Source of the DNA: an uncultured Bacteriovoracaceae bacterium | Lineage (GTDB): Bacteria > Desulfobacterota > Desulfomonilia > UBA1062 | Reading direction: 5' to 3' | Assembly: GCA_964618975.1 (NCBI GenBank) | Contig: CAZUDI010000010.1 | Coordinates: forward strand, 4,378 to 68,377 | Length of the DNA: 64,000 nucleotides | The notes under the pieces: generated by a model | Database searches by the model: none | Seen by the model: the letters and a program-made list of their open reading frames with translations, nothing else | What the model was told of the DNA's origin: nothing | Shown: one piece after another, positions 46,689 to 56,951 of the stretch | How positions within the stretch are numbered: position 1 is the first letter of the stretch | How the letters are laid out: the number at the start of each line of letters is the position of its first letter | Translations under genes and position numbers: made by a program

Positions 46689-47652
46689 ACCGCAAGACAT
46701 GGGGGCGCGTCAGCAGCGGGAGGCCTTGAGGTATGCCGCGCCAGTGTCCAGATGCCACTATTGCGCCTGTGCGGGGTCTGCACATGGAGACAATCCCGTG
46801 ATCAATCATGGGGATACCCCCCAGGGCAAGCCTTGGACCCTCTTGGTCACCGCAAGTGGTGGGGAATGCGACCCTCAAACGATTCAAGGCTTCGAGCGGG
46901 GACTGCACCTGCGGGAGGTACAGGTTTCCCCCTCGCGCGGCACGATCCTCTATGTGCATGGCCTGGGGGAATCGGGCCAGTGCTTCGAGCCCCTCATGCA
47001 GAACGCCAGACTGGCCCCCTGGTCGCACCTGGCACCCGACCTGCCCGGTTATGGTCAGAGCCCGGACTTGCCCGGGGGACTTGCGGGCCATGCGGATCAT
47101 CTCTCCGACTGTCTGCGTCGACACTCGGCCCCGCCAGTGGTGGTCCTTGGCCACTCCATGGGAGGGGTGGTGGGGCTCCTGCTCTGCGAACGCCACCCTG
47201 ATCAGGTGGCCGCCTTCGTCAATGTGGAGGGCAATCTCACGCCTTCCGATTGCACCTTCAGCGCCCGCATCGCGACCATGGGGGCAGAGGCCTTCATCGC
47301 GCACGGTTTTAACCGGTTACGGCAGGACCTTGAGCAGATGGCCGTTTTAGACCCTGTGCTGCAGGGCTATCACGCGCGCATGGGACAGTGCGATCCCCGG
47401 CGTCTTTATGCCGACAGCCTCGAGCTTGTCGAGTATTCAAAAGCGGGCAGACTCGCTGATCGCCTGGCCGCGCTGTGCGTTCCCACCCTATATATTTCCG
47501 GATACCCGCGGGGCATAGGTGAACCCACCCGCGAAATCCTCAGGGTCAGCGGCCTGGCCTGGCAGGAGCTTCCCGGCGCCGGGCACTGGGTCTTCCTCGA
47601 CCAGCCAAGACGCTTCATCGACGCGCTCAAGGGATTCCTGGTCCGTCTCTAG
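46654..47652 (+). CDS. alpha/beta hydrolase
   Basis: LYVHGLGESG ... GHSMGG nucleophile elbow. The N-terminal roughly 75 codons of the listed ORF overlap nnr by 35 nt and are encoded by a repeat copy at 46801-46889. The true start is probably downstream (a candidate TTG sits at 46843). Confidence 0.75.
   Translation: MISAMPSRRSFRPQDMGARQQREALRYAAPVSRCHYCACAGSAHGDNPVINHGDTPQGKPWTLLVTASGGECDPQTIQGFERGLHLREVQVSPSRGTILYVHGLGESGQCFEPLMQNARLAPWSHLAPDLPGYGQSPDLPGGLAGHADHLSDCLRRHSAPPVVVLGHSMGGVVGLLLCERHPDQVAAFVNVEGNLTPSDCTFSARIATMGAEAFIAHGFNRLRQDLEQMAVLDPVLQGYHARMGQCDPRRLYADSLELVEYSKAGRLADRLAALCVPTLYISGYPRGIGEPTREILRVSGLAWQELPGAGHWVFLDQPRRFIDALKGFLVRL
46801..46889 (+). repeat. full copy of the dispersed repeat family, lying at or in the 5' end of the hydrolase ORF
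   Basis: atcaatcatggggatacccccagggcaagccttggaccc-tcttggtcaccgcaagtggtgg-ggaatgcgaccctcaaacgattcaagg. Confidence 0.75.
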
Positions 47653-47659
47653 AGAACCT

Positions 47660-48067
47660 TCAGGGGCAGAGGGGGGGCAGCGCCCTCTCGAGCGTGGAGA
47701 GGTATGCCACGATGACAGATAGCTCGTTTTCGTCAAGCACGGCACCTTTATCCCGCATACGCGTCACGGTCGTTTCCCACCCATCCGGGGCCTTGCTGCC
47801 GATTTGCTTACAGACCCGTGACACCTTATGGCAGACGCCGCAGCGCTGGGACACCAGGCGGGCGGTTTCTCCCTGGGAGGTATCACCGCCCAGGAGGGGT
47901 CCAGGCCGGACCAGCAGCGCCAGGGCCAGGAGAACCAGCAGCACGCCTCTCGGAGACCCTGACCCCTGACTTCTCCGGTATACCCCGGTGATGGTGGCCC
48001 CTTTGTCTTCTGCTGTTTTCGCGTCTCCATCGAGTGACATTTTCCACACCCATCCTTCTGTACTCAT
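47660..48067 (-). CDS. small putative c-type cytochrome (single CxxCH)
   Basis: Start at ATG 48067 with a GGGAGGAG RBS. Signal-like hydrophobic stretch (VLLVLLALALLV) and a CGVCH haem-binding motif. Confidence 0.5.
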   Translation of the reverse strand: MSTEGWVWKMSLDGDAKTAEDKGATITGVYRRSQGSGSPRGVLLVLLALALLVRPGPLLGGDTSQGETARLVSQRCGVCHKVSRVCKQIGSKAPDGWETTVTRMRDKGAVLDENELSVIVAYLSTLERALPPLCP

Positions 48068-48246
48068 CTGCTCCTCCCCTGAAAGCATGCATCCCAAGGC
48101 AAACCCTGGCACCCACATGCGACCGCCCGCATTAAGGGCATGCTACCCTTAGCGATTGTTGAGCCGGTGGCAGTGGACTGGCACCGGGGACCTGCCCGGA
48201 TTCGCTGAGCCTCGAGGACGGCCTCGGACGAGCAGCCCTCGGAGCT

Positions 48247-48939
48247 TCAGAAACGCGGGTTACAATCCGGATCGTGGATCTCCCCGTTGGCCACCAGCCA
48301 CGGCAGGACGAACAGAAAGGTCCGCAGGATCTCCCGCAGGGTCCAGATCTCCTGCCGGCCAACCTCGAGCACGTAATCCCCGGCTGAGTCTCCCCCTATC
48401 TCAGGCACCCAGACATAGATGTAGTATATCCCGCTTTTCCCGGGGTTTTCCCAGATGAAATCCGGCCCGCCGAAGTACCATTTGTGCGCAAAGAACTCGA
48501 AGAAGGTATCTCGTACCTGCCCCCCGGCCAGATCATAGTTCTCGACGATCACGAGCGGATCGTCGCTGATGAGGTTCTCTTCCAGCCGGGTGTATCCGAG
48601 AGCCTTTACCTCTTCCCGCTTCAGCGCCCCGGGATATCCTTCAAGGCCCGCACCGGCCACAGCTATGTAGGGCAGAAACGCCGCATAACACTCGCAACGC
48701 GGCACAAGGGAGGAGACAAAAACCAAGGACTCATCCCCTCTGAGCGTGAAACAAAAGACATCCACATCGTCCACGTCCTCGAGCCAGGCATAGACGGCGA
48801 TGGATTTCTCCACCGTGCCGGCGATAACTCCCGGTTTGGCGGCGCTGAAGTCTGAACATTCAATGACCGGCACATGCGCCTGAGCTGTCGAAACCAGGCC
48901 AATGACCACGACGCCTATCAAAACGACCGTGCGCTGCAT
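48247..48939 (-). CDS. secreted hypothetical protein
   Basis: Start at ATG 48939 with a GGGAGG RBS. Signal peptide (MQRTVVLIGVVVIGLVSTAQA). No motif recognised. Confidence 0.6.
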   Translation of the reverse strand: MQRTVVLIGVVVIGLVSTAQAHVPVIECSDFSAAKPGVIAGTVEKSIAVYAWLEDVDDVDVFCFTLRGDESLVFVSSLVPRCECYAAFLPYIAVAGAGLEGYPGALKREEVKALGYTRLEENLISDDPLVIVENYDLAGGQVRDTFFEFFAHKWYFGGPDFIWENPGKSGIYYIYVWVPEIGGDSAGDYVLEVGRQEIWTLREILRTFLFVLPWLVANGEIHDPDCNPRF

Positions 48940-49220
48940 GGGCACCTCCCTTCCCGGCCATATCCTGGGGGCCATCCGTGACAACCTCAAGCTCGAGGCC
49001 CCTGCCCTCACAGACAAATCTGTCGACCCTCTGCCTCACATGCTAACGCGGCCCTGAGACCTCACGGACCATAAACGCCACAGCCCGGCCGGTTGAGAAT
49101 GAATGATAAGCCCCTGGGGTTCAATGTCAATGAAAGCCGCAGCCTTTTCGCACAGGCGCACAAGCATGCCTTTGCAGCTAAGGTCTCTGGTATACACGAA
49201 AGCCCCTGGGGGGTATAACT

Positions 49221-49255
49221 AAGGGCGGCCCCGGTCCAAGACCGGGGCCGCCCTT
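49221..49255 (-). terminator. GC-rich hairpin terminator downstream of the SDR gene
   Basis: aagggcggccccggtc-caag-accggggccgccctt. Confidence 0.5.
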
Positions 49256-49281
49256 AGTGCGTTCAGGACGCCCGCGGCATT

Positions 49282-50112
49282 TCAGCGGTTGTAGGCGTCT
49301 TTCCTTCCGGTCATATGCTGCGACGACTGGGCAATGCCCAGGAGCCGGCAGACGAAATCCATGACAAAAGGCGGCAGGATAACCTTGATCACGGGCAGGA
49401 AGTACACCGAGGAAGGCACACCGATCATGGCGCGGTTGTCCTTGATGCCCGCAATCACCTTACGCGTCACATCCTCGGCCGTGAGCATGCGGGTGCCCTT
49501 CACCGGGGAGGCCCCCTCGAACATGCCCGTGGACACGGTATTGGGGCACACATGGCTGAAATGGATCCCACGGTGTCCGGCAAGCTTCATCTCCTGCCGC
49601 AGCGACTCGGTCAATCCCACCACGGCAAACTTGGTGGCACAGTAATCGCTGATATAGGGCACCCCCAGCAGGCCACCGGCCGAGGCAAAGTTCACTACAT
49701 GTCCCTGCCCGCGCTGCATCATGCCCGGCAGAAAGGCCCTGATGGTCCAGAATATGGCCATCAGGTTCACCCCTACGGTACGCTCGATCATCGCATCGCT
49801 TTTCTCCAGGAAGGGCCGTGAATTCACGATACCGGCCACATTCACCAGGATATCGATGGGCCCAAACTCCCGCTCCACCGTCTCCGCCATCTGGGCAATC
49901 TTCTCGCGATCGGAGACATCGCACATATAAGCGGCGATGCGCCCCCGGGAGGCCAGTTCCTCGCGTGTGCGCTCAAGTTCGTCGGCTCTAACATCCACGA
50001 TCGCCACCGCCGCGCCTTCCTCCAGGAATAACTCCGCCAGCGAGCGACCCATTCCCATGGCCCCGCCCGTGATGAGAACATTCTTGCCTCGAATCTCGGT
50101 TTTCTTTCTCAC
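49282..50112 (-). CDS. SDR-family oxidoreductase
   Basis: TGGAMGMG Rossmann motif and the NxAG, Y, K catalytic pattern. Confidence 0.9.
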   Translation of the reverse strand: MRKKTEIRGKNVLITGGAMGMGRSLAELFLEEGAAVAIVDVRADELERTREELASRGRIAAYMCDVSDREKIAQMAETVEREFGPIDILVNVAGIVNSRPFLEKSDAMIERTVGVNLMAIFWTIRAFLPGMMQRGQGHVVNFASAGGLLGVPYISDYCATKFAVVGLTESLRQEMKLAGHRGIHFSHVCPNTVSTGMFEGASPVKGTRMLTAEDVTRKVIAGIKDNRAMIGVPSSVYFLPVIKVILPPFVMDFVCRLLGIAQSSQHMTGRKDAYNR

Positions 50113-50185
50113 CTTCTATGTCCCTCCCCTATCTTTGATCTTTTTGTCCTCAAACGTGCGGCCATCCATGCACCGCATCACTCCC

Positions 50186-50250
50186 AATCATGGGGGTGAC
50201 CCCCAGGGCAGGATTCCCTTGACGCCACAAACCTTAAGGGAATTAGCCAC
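50186..50250 (+). repeat. partial copy of the dispersed repeat family
   Basis: aatcatgggggtgacccccagggcaggattccc...cttaagggaattagcc. Confidence 0.55.
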
Positions 50251-50258
50251 ATAAGGCC

Positions 50259-50942
50259 CTATTCGTCCGGCCCCACCCACTCCCTGGGTGGCCCAATGAG
50301 CACGAAGGGGCCGGGATTGAGGGGACCACCTCCCAGGGACATGTAGCCCGCACAGATATAAAGTCGCTCGTTCACCCGGCGCACCTCATCGTGCATGGAA
50401 TGGACCACATCGTCGTTGTAGGGTCCGTAGTCCAGATGATATGCATCCCGGCCGTCCTTGCCGATCGTGGTGGGCCCGACCCAGTTGTTCATCCTGCGCC
50501 GACGCAGGGTCTGCGTTGTGCCGTCCGGCCTTCTGACGTTGAAGATGTTGTATCCCCAACCTCGGTTGCGGCCCTCAGGGTTGAAGGCCTTGCCCTCCCA
50601 GCTGGCCTTGAGAATCGGCCTGCCCGAGGGGAAGACATGGTGCGTAAAGAGGGCCGTGGGGCGACCCAGCAACCCGCCGCTCAGGACCCGGGCCTGATAC
50701 TCGCCCTTCATCTCCTGGAACTCGGGCACCTCGGCGGCATAGAACAACTGCATGGTGTCCCGGCGTGAGAGCCGTTCGACATCCTCCCAGGTTGCCTGCC
50801 TGGGATCCTTCCCCAGGATCTGTGCCATGGTCCGGCCGTCGGGCCTGCGGCTGCCCGCCTGCAGGATGTTGATCAGCAAACCTGTCAGATTGGAGAGCAG
50901 CACCCCTGCCGCGACGAAAATCACCTTGTGGAACACCTTCAT
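50259..50942 (-). CDS. hypothetical N-terminally anchored protein
   Basis: Start at ATG 50942 with an AAGGAGG RBS. N-terminal transmembrane or signal segment. In an operon arrangement with the SDR gene downstream of marR. Confidence 0.65.
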   Translation of the reverse strand: MKVFHKVIFVAAGVLLSNLTGLLINILQAGSRRPDGRTMAQILGKDPRQATWEDVERLSRRDTMQLFYAAEVPEFQEMKGEYQARVLSGGLLGRPTALFTHHVFPSGRPILKASWEGKAFNPEGRNRGWGYNIFNVRRPDGTTQTLRRRRMNNWVGPTTIGKDGRDAYHLDYGPYNDDVVHSMHDEVRRVNERLYICAGYMSLGGGPLNPGPFVLIGPPREWVGPDE

Positions 50943-51161
50943 ATGCACCTCCTTGATTGATCGCCTTCGATAATCATCATCCACCCCCCGGCCTTCCTCC
51001 CCAGAGGAGAGAGGGCAGGGGCGAGAACGTGGTCACGCATGCACATGCCCACATCATCACAGGAGGACTCCCCTCCGAATCAATCCGGAACAGCAAGGCG
51101 GATATGGGACATTTATCGCCATGGGTCGCCTTTCCCGTCGCCCTTCACGGCAAAAGGGCCT

Positions 51162-51680
51162 TCACCCCTCATCAGGGGGTGGATCTGCCTTTTCTTCAAG
51201 GGCCCCCTCGTCCGGATCACCCGCGGCCGGGACCCTGAGAAGATGCTTCAGCCCGGCGGCGGTGCGTACGAAGGCCTCTGTCTCGACCGCATTAAAGCGT
51301 CCAAGGTTGCGGGTAACTATCGCATGGGTGTGATCCTCCACCCGGCGCACGATACGCTCCCCGGCAGGCTCGAGCGAAACCAGGATATTGCGCTTGTCGT
51401 GCGTGTCGCGCCGGCGGGACACCAGGCCTCTGGCCTGCAGGCGGTCGACGAGGCGCGTGGCGGTGCTGACGGGGATATCCATCTCGCGGGCCACCTCCTT
51501 CATGCGCGCCGAGGAACGGCGGCGCAGGAACTGCAACAGGTAAATCGTCGTATAGTCCAGTTCGAAGCAGGATACCTTAGAGCGCTCGAAGCGATACATG
51601 GCCACCATGGCTTCGAAAAGCAGCTGATCGAAATCCTCCCTGGTCAGTTCCAGTATCCCGGGAATCCGATCCCATTCCAT
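51162..51680 (-). CDS. MarR-family transcriptional regulator
   Basis: Winged-helix MarR core (LLQFLRRRSSARMKEVAREMDIPVSTATRLVDRLQARGLVSRRRDTHDKR). Confidence 0.85.
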   Translation of the reverse strand: MEWDRIPGILELTREDFDQLLFEAMVAMYRFERSKVSCFELDYTTIYLLQFLRRRSSARMKEVAREMDIPVSTATRLVDRLQARGLVSRRRDTHDKRNILVSLEPAGERIVRRVEDHTHAIVTRNLGRFNAVETEAFVRTAAGLKHLLRVPAAGDPDEGALEEKADPPPDEG

Positions 51681-52231
51681 GTTTAGACCTTAGCATTTTT
51701 ATTTGCATGCTGCAATCTTTTTCTTATGGCCTTCGATTGACAGGCATAGTCCGTCATGCCTGAGAGGCTGACCCATCCCGCCAAATCCGCTTCAATCATG
51801 GAAATGAACCCCGGGGCCTGGCAGGACTCCCTCAAGGATGCCCCGGGTGTTGCGCAAAGCGATTCCGGACGTCTGCAACAGGACTGGCCTGCCTGCCCAC
51901 GAATCCCTTGAAGGCCGCGGTTACATTGCCCGTGACGTTGTGTACCTCATCATGCACACCGGAAAGACCACCGGCGTCGATCAACCGGTGAGGCCCTGGA
52001 GTCTGAAACAACAGAGGCTTCGTTTGCGTTATGCAATCAATAATATCGGCTGTGTCCTTGACCGTAAATCATATCGATTGCATCACGGCCGTACCATCGA
52101 TATTATCAATGATATGACATGAAAGGCTTCTCCGTCATGGTATGCTCACAGGAGACCACCGCCCGGCGGTCTTTCCCGGGGCAAGCCCTGCAGCCTGTGC
52201 AAACTGCCAGCGGAGAGGGAGACATGTCTTT

Positions 52232-52312
52232 CAATCATGGGTATGAACCCCGGCAAGCCCAGGCATCCTCTTGTTAACGCTAACGGCGGGGACCTCGACC
52301 CATAGTGATAAA
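52232..52312 (+). repeat. full copy of the dispersed repeat family, ending 15 nt before the carboxylesterase start codon
   Basis: tcaatcatgggtatgaaccccggcaagcccaggcatcc-tcttgttaacgctaacggcgg-ggacctcgacccatagtgataaag. Confidence 0.8.
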
Positions 52313-52327
52313 GAAGGGGGTAAAAGC

Positions 52328-54367
52328 ATGAAGCGTTTCATTATCCTGGTCACGCTGATGTGTCTGTTGTCTTGCGGGTGCCAGATCTCCGGGACGGTGC
52401 GCCTGGATGACGCCGGGCTCTCCGGCGTCCCGGTGACCCTTTCCGGCGACACAACCCGGGCCACGCTCACCGACCATCAGGGCCGCTACGTCTTCAGGGG
52501 CATCACAAGCGGCCACTATACGGTCGCGGTCGCCGCCGAGGACGACTGGTGCCGATCCGCAAGCCGCCACATCGAGAAATCGCAGGCCTGGCAGGACCTG
52601 ACGGACGTGGACTTCACGGCCCACAGCGCCACCCGGCGCAGCCTCACGAGCGGCACGCTCATCGGCTCCGTCGCCGAGAGCGGGGCGCATATCTGGCGGG
52701 GCATCCCCTATGCCGCTCCTCCCGTGGATGATCTGCGCTGGCGTGCCCCGCGCCCGGTCGGGGCCTGGGAAGGCACCCTGCCGGCGCTGACCAGGGCCCC
52801 CCTGTGCACCCAGTTCACCGGCATCCTCACGAGTGACGACACGGAGCGCTACGGGCAACCCATGGGCTGCGAGGACTGCCTCTACCTCAATGTCTACGCC
52901 CCGCCCGAGGCGGCCTCCGCCGGGGAGGGCGGCCTGCCGGTCATGGTCTGGATCCACGGCGGCGGCAACACCATCGGCCACGGCGGAGGGTATGACGGAC
53001 AGGACCTGGTCCTCAGGCACGACACAGTCGTGGTGACCTTCAACTACCGCCTGGGCCCCCTGGGCTGGTTCAGCCACCCGGCCCTGCACGACGAGGAGGA
53101 CTCTTTGCTCGACCGTTCGGGCAATTACGGCACCCTGGACATCGTTCAGGCCCTTGAGTGGGTGCAGGACAACATCGGCGCCTTCGGCGGCGATCCGACC
53201 AACGTGACCGTCTTCGGCGAGTCCGCCGGCGGCCTCAACACCCTCACCCTGCTGCTCTCGCCCCTGGCGCAGGGCCTCTTCCAGCGCGCCATCGTGCAGA
53301 GCGGCGGGCTGGAAGCGGCCACCATGGCCGAGGCGCAGAACTACCGCGACGACCCCGAGCCCGGCGATCCCTTCAGCGCGCGGGAAGTGGTCAACCGGCT
53401 GCTGATCCGAGACAGGCTCGCCTCCGGCAGGGAGGCGGCCCGCAAGGTGCAGGAATCCCTTTCCCTGCCGGAGCTGGCCGCCTATCTCAGGGACAAGGAT
53501 GCCGGCGAGATCCTCATGGCCTATGAGTACGGCTACGGCGGCATGTTCTCCATGCCCAAGGTGCTGCGCGACGGGGTGGTCCTGCCCGCGGGGGACTTCC
53601 TCGAGGTCCTGTCGACCCCGGGGGCCTGCAACCGGGTGCCCGTCCTGATCGGCAGCAACCGTGACGAGCAAAAGCTCTTCATGGTCCTCGACCCCCTCTA
53701 CGTGGAAGAGATCTTCGGGCTGCCGCTGATTGTCAAAGACCCAGTCGAGTACGCCCTCGTGGCCAGCTACCTGAGCGACGCCTGGAAGGCGCGCGGGGTC
53801 GACTCCATCGCCGAGCGCCTCTCATCCCTCCAGCCCGACGAGGTCTTCGCCTACCGCTTCGACTGGGACGAGGAGACCTGTCTTCTGGGTGTGGACGTGG
53901 GCTTCATGCTCGGCGCGGCCCACAGCGTGGAGATCCCCTTCATCTTCTGTGATTTCAGCTCGTTCATCTCTTCGGCACTCACCCCGCTCATCTTTCCCGA
54001 CGAGAGCGCCTTGCCCCGGGATACCCTCTCGCAGGCCATGTCGTCCTACTGGGTGGCCTTCGCCCGCGACGGCACACCCGGGACCGGCCTGAGCGGGGAG
54101 CTGCCCCCCTGGCTGCCCTGGGAGACCTCCTGCGGCAGGTTCATCGTCCTCGACACCGCCAGCGGGGGCGGCATCCGCATGTCGCACAACACCGTCACGC
54201 TTAAGGCGCTCAAATACCGGCTGCTCTCCGAGACCGGATTTAGCCGCCAGGAAAAGCACTGCGAGATGTACGTGCGCCTCTTCTACGGCAGCGCCTTGTG
54301 GGATGACGAGGAGTACGCGCACCTGGGTGAGTGCGGCTGCAGCGCCTATGCCCCGCAGGATTTTTAG
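52328..54367 (+). CDS. type-B carboxylesterase lipoprotein with N-terminal carboxypeptidase-regulatory-like domain
   Basis: Start at ATG 52328 with an AAGGGGG RBS. Lipobox (LLSCGC), a CarbopepD_reg-like beta-sandwich, then a carboxylesterase B core (GIPYAAPP, GESAGG). Confidence 0.9.
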   Translation: MKRFIILVTLMCLLSCGCQISGTVRLDDAGLSGVPVTLSGDTTRATLTDHQGRYVFRGITSGHYTVAVAAEDDWCRSASRHIEKSQAWQDLTDVDFTAHSATRRSLTSGTLIGSVAESGAHIWRGIPYAAPPVDDLRWRAPRPVGAWEGTLPALTRAPLCTQFTGILTSDDTERYGQPMGCEDCLYLNVYAPPEAASAGEGGLPVMVWIHGGGNTIGHGGGYDGQDLVLRHDTVVVTFNYRLGPLGWFSHPALHDEEDSLLDRSGNYGTLDIVQALEWVQDNIGAFGGDPTNVTVFGESAGGLNTLTLLLSPLAQGLFQRAIVQSGGLEAATMAEAQNYRDDPEPGDPFSAREVVNRLLIRDRLASGREAARKVQESLSLPELAAYLRDKDAGEILMAYEYGYGGMFSMPKVLRDGVVLPAGDFLEVLSTPGACNRVPVLIGSNRDEQKLFMVLDPLYVEEIFGLPLIVKDPVEYALVASYLSDAWKARGVDSIAERLSSLQPDEVFAYRFDWDEETCLLGVDVGFMLGAAHSVEIPFIFCDFSSFISSALTPLIFPDESALPRDTLSQAMSSYWVAFARDGTPGTGLSGELPPWLPWETSCGRFIVLDTASGGGIRMSHNTVTLKALKYRLLSETGFSRQEKHCEMYVRLFYGSALWDDEEYAHLGECGCSAYAPQDF

Positions 54368-54412
54368 GAACAGGTGCATGACAGGAAACATGACATAAGA
54401 GGCCTTGCTGAA

Positions 54413-54458
54413 TCTGTCAGGGGAAACCTTCCGGATAAGAAGTTTTCCCCTGACAGAC
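54413..54458. terminator. bidirectional rho-independent terminator between convergent genes
   Basis: tctgtcaggggaaa-...-ttttcccctgacaga, a 14-bp stem with a T-run. Confidence 0.6.
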
Positions 54459-54467
54459 CCCTTTCAA

Positions 54468-54556
54468 GAAGCTTAAGGACTATGGGTCTGATTCCCCGCT
54501 GCTTGCAGCGGAAAGCAGGGGCCTTAGGCTTGCCCTGGGGTTCATAACCATGATTG
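54468..54556 (-). repeat. full copy of the dispersed repeat family in inverted orientation
   Basis: The reverse complement reads atcatggttatgaaccccagggcaagcctaaggcccctgctttccgctgcaagcagcggggaatcagacccatagtcc. Confidence 0.85.
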
Positions 54557-54590
54557 GCCTGAGGGTCGCATTCCCCGCCGCTGGCGGTGC

Positions 54591-56729
54591 CTAAGTGGGG
54601 TCTTTCGCCTTACAGCCCCGCCCTTTGCCGGGCTGACCGGCGATGCGCATGCGGGCGTCCAGGGCCAGCACGCCCTGCCCGTTCACCATCACGCGCACCG
54701 GGTTGAGATCGAGCTCGCCTATCTGCGGAAAGGCCGCCAGCAGGTGCGAGACGCGCACCAGGAAATCGACGAAGACCGGCAGGTCGCTCTTGACCCCGCC
54801 GCGGGCACCGGTGAGCAGGGGGAAGCAGGCAAGCCCCATGAGGCGCTGCATGATCTCCTCGCGCGGGGCCGGGCACAGACAGCAGGCCACATCGCGGAAA
54901 ATCTCCACGTAGATGCCGCCCAGGCCGAAGTAGAGCACCGGTCCGAAAGAGGCATCCTGCGTACCGCCCACGAACATGTCCACCCCCGCTGGCGCCGTCG
55001 CCTGCAGGCGCACCCCGTCGAAGCGGGCCTGCGGCAGGCTGACTTCAAGGTTTTCCCGCAGGCGCGCGAAGGTGCGCCTTACCCCCTCCTCGTCGGCCAC
55101 CCCCAGGGCCACCCCGCCCACCTCGGTCTTGTGCAGGGCCGCAGGCGAGATCACCTTCATGACCACCGGGAAACCCAGTTCGCCGGCCGCCAGGACGGCC
55201 TCCTCCGGGGAGGTGGCCACCCGGGAGGCGGCCACCCGCATCCCGAAGGTCTCGCACAGCTCCAGGGCCTCTTCGCCGCAGTCACCGCCTGCGCCCTCCA
55301 GCCAGGCCCGGGCACGCGCCTGATCGATGCCGTCGGGTGGCCGGGGTGGCGCATAGGGGGTGCGGGTGTGGAAATGCATCTGCATGGCCATGGCGCGCAC
55401 GAGCTCCTCAGGGCTGTTGAAGATGGGGAAATTCACCGCCTTCTTGGTCTGCAAGGTCAGCTTGGAAGGGCCGAAGAGGCACACCCCCATAGGCTTGCCG
55501 GCCGAGAGGATCGCCCCCCAGGTCTCCTTGGACAGGTCGGTCAGGAACATGCGGTGAAAGACCGTGTCGCCGGGGGGCATGTGGGGATACTGGGTCACGA
55601 GCAACGCCCCGTCGATCTTCTCCGAATGCATCACCGAGTAGATGACATGCGCGGTGAGCTGCGGGTCGTAGATATCGCCCATGTCCAGCGGGTTCGAGAA
55701 GCGGATGACCCCGGCGTTGCCGTAGTTCCTAAGCCCCTCGTAGAAATCCCGGCCCGGATCGGCGAAGGCGAAGCCCGCCTTCTCGCACAGATCGGCCGTG
55801 ATCACCGAGAACCCTCCCGCCGGGCTCATGACCATGACCCGCCGGCCGCGCATGGGCGGCAGGCTGAAGGCCTTGGCCGCGGCGAAGAAGTCATGGTAGT
55901 TGTGGATGCGCAGGATGCCGGCACGCTCGAAGGCGGCATCGATGATCTCTTCGTCGTTGCTCAGAGCCGCGGTATGGCTCATGGCCGCCTTCGCTCCGGC
56001 CGGGGTGGAGTTGGCCTTGTAGACCACGATGGGCTTGTCGATGTGGGATGCCGCCTCGATCAGCGCCTGGCCGCGTTCGATGCTCTCCACATACAGGCAG
56101 ATGACCCGGGTCTCGGGGTCCCGGCCATAGTATTCCAGGAAGTCCACCTCGTCCAGATCGAGCTTGTTGCCGATGCTGGCGAACTTGGCGATCCCGATGT
56201 TTTCGTCCACGAGGTAGTTGAAGATCATGATCGAGACGCCCCCGCTCTGCGAGATGATGGACATGCCGCCCTTGGGCGCCCGGCACAGGGGGATGAAGGG
56301 CAGGCACAGCCCGCTGGAGGTGTCCGCCACGGTCAGCCCGTTGGGCCCCACGATGCGCACCCCGAAGGCACGGGCCTGCTCCAGGGTGAGCGCGGCCAGC
56401 TGCTTGCCTTCCGCGCTGAACTCGGAAAACCCGCCCGAGGGCACGGCCATGTGCCGGATGCCGAAGCGCCCGCAGCGTTCCACCATCTCGGGCACGTGCC
56501 GCGCCGGGACCAGGCAGAAGGCCAGATCGGGCACCACGGGCAGGTCCTCGATATCCCGGTACATGCGGATACCGTCCACCTGCTCCTCCGTCCCCTTAGG
56601 GTTGACCCCGAAAATGCGCCCGCGATACCCCCAGCGCAGGGTGTTTTCGAGCGTGATGCGGGGGATGTTGTTCGGCTTGGACGACAGACCGATGATCGCA
56701 AGTGATGCGGGCGCAAACAGTTTCTCCAT
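54591..56729 (-). CDS. acetate/acyl-CoA ligase (ADP-forming) family protein (CoA-binding + ligase-CoA + ATP-grasp)
   Basis: Start at ATG 56729 with an AAGGAGG RBS (MEKLFAPASLAIIGLS CoA-binding N-terminus). C-terminal ATP-grasp domain. 712 aa. Confidence 0.9.
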   Translation of the reverse strand: MEKLFAPASLAIIGLSSKPNNIPRITLENTLRWGYRGRIFGVNPKGTEEQVDGIRMYRDIEDLPVVPDLAFCLVPARHVPEMVERCGRFGIRHMAVPSGGFSEFSAEGKQLAALTLEQARAFGVRIVGPNGLTVADTSSGLCLPFIPLCRAPKGGMSIISQSGGVSIMIFNYLVDENIGIAKFASIGNKLDLDEVDFLEYYGRDPETRVICLYVESIERGQALIEAASHIDKPIVVYKANSTPAGAKAAMSHTAALSNDEEIIDAAFERAGILRIHNYHDFFAAAKAFSLPPMRGRRVMVMSPAGGFSVITADLCEKAGFAFADPGRDFYEGLRNYGNAGVIRFSNPLDMGDIYDPQLTAHVIYSVMHSEKIDGALLVTQYPHMPPGDTVFHRMFLTDLSKETWGAILSAGKPMGVCLFGPSKLTLQTKKAVNFPIFNSPEELVRAMAMQMHFHTRTPYAPPRPPDGIDQARARAWLEGAGGDCGEEALELCETFGMRVAASRVATSPEEAVLAAGELGFPVVMKVISPAALHKTEVGGVALGVADEEGVRRTFARLRENLEVSLPQARFDGVRLQATAPAGVDMFVGGTQDASFGPVLYFGLGGIYVEIFRDVACCLCPAPREEIMQRLMGLACFPLLTGARGGVKSDLPVFVDFLVRVSHLLAAFPQIGELDLNPVRVMVNGQGVLALDARMRIAGQPGKGRGCKAKDPT

Positions 56730-56951
56730 GATCTCCCTCCTTGATGAGAACCTCCATCCCTGACGCCAGGCGCAGGTATCGAAGCCGACCTCCGTGGGGG
56801 GTGGGCATTTCCGCCCCCCACACAGGTATGCCCGGCCTCCCTTTCGAGCCTCCTTACCGCAGACGCATGCCGCCCATGGATATGCGGCGTCCATATCAAT
56901 GGCCCGGCGTCACCACCTTTTGACGCCGGGCCGACCCCCTTTTTGCTCTCT

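Noticed and set aside
52280-53671. 463-aa minus-strand ORF antisense to the carboxylesterase gene
   Set aside because: Same reasoning. The sense strand encodes canonical carboxylesterase B motifs (GESAGG), while the antisense product is Gly/Arg/Asp/His-rich low complexity.
54744-56705. 653-aa plus-strand ORF antisense to the acyl-CoA synthetase gene
   Set aside because: Antisense to a well-supported gene, with an extreme Gly/Arg/His/Asp composition and no motif.
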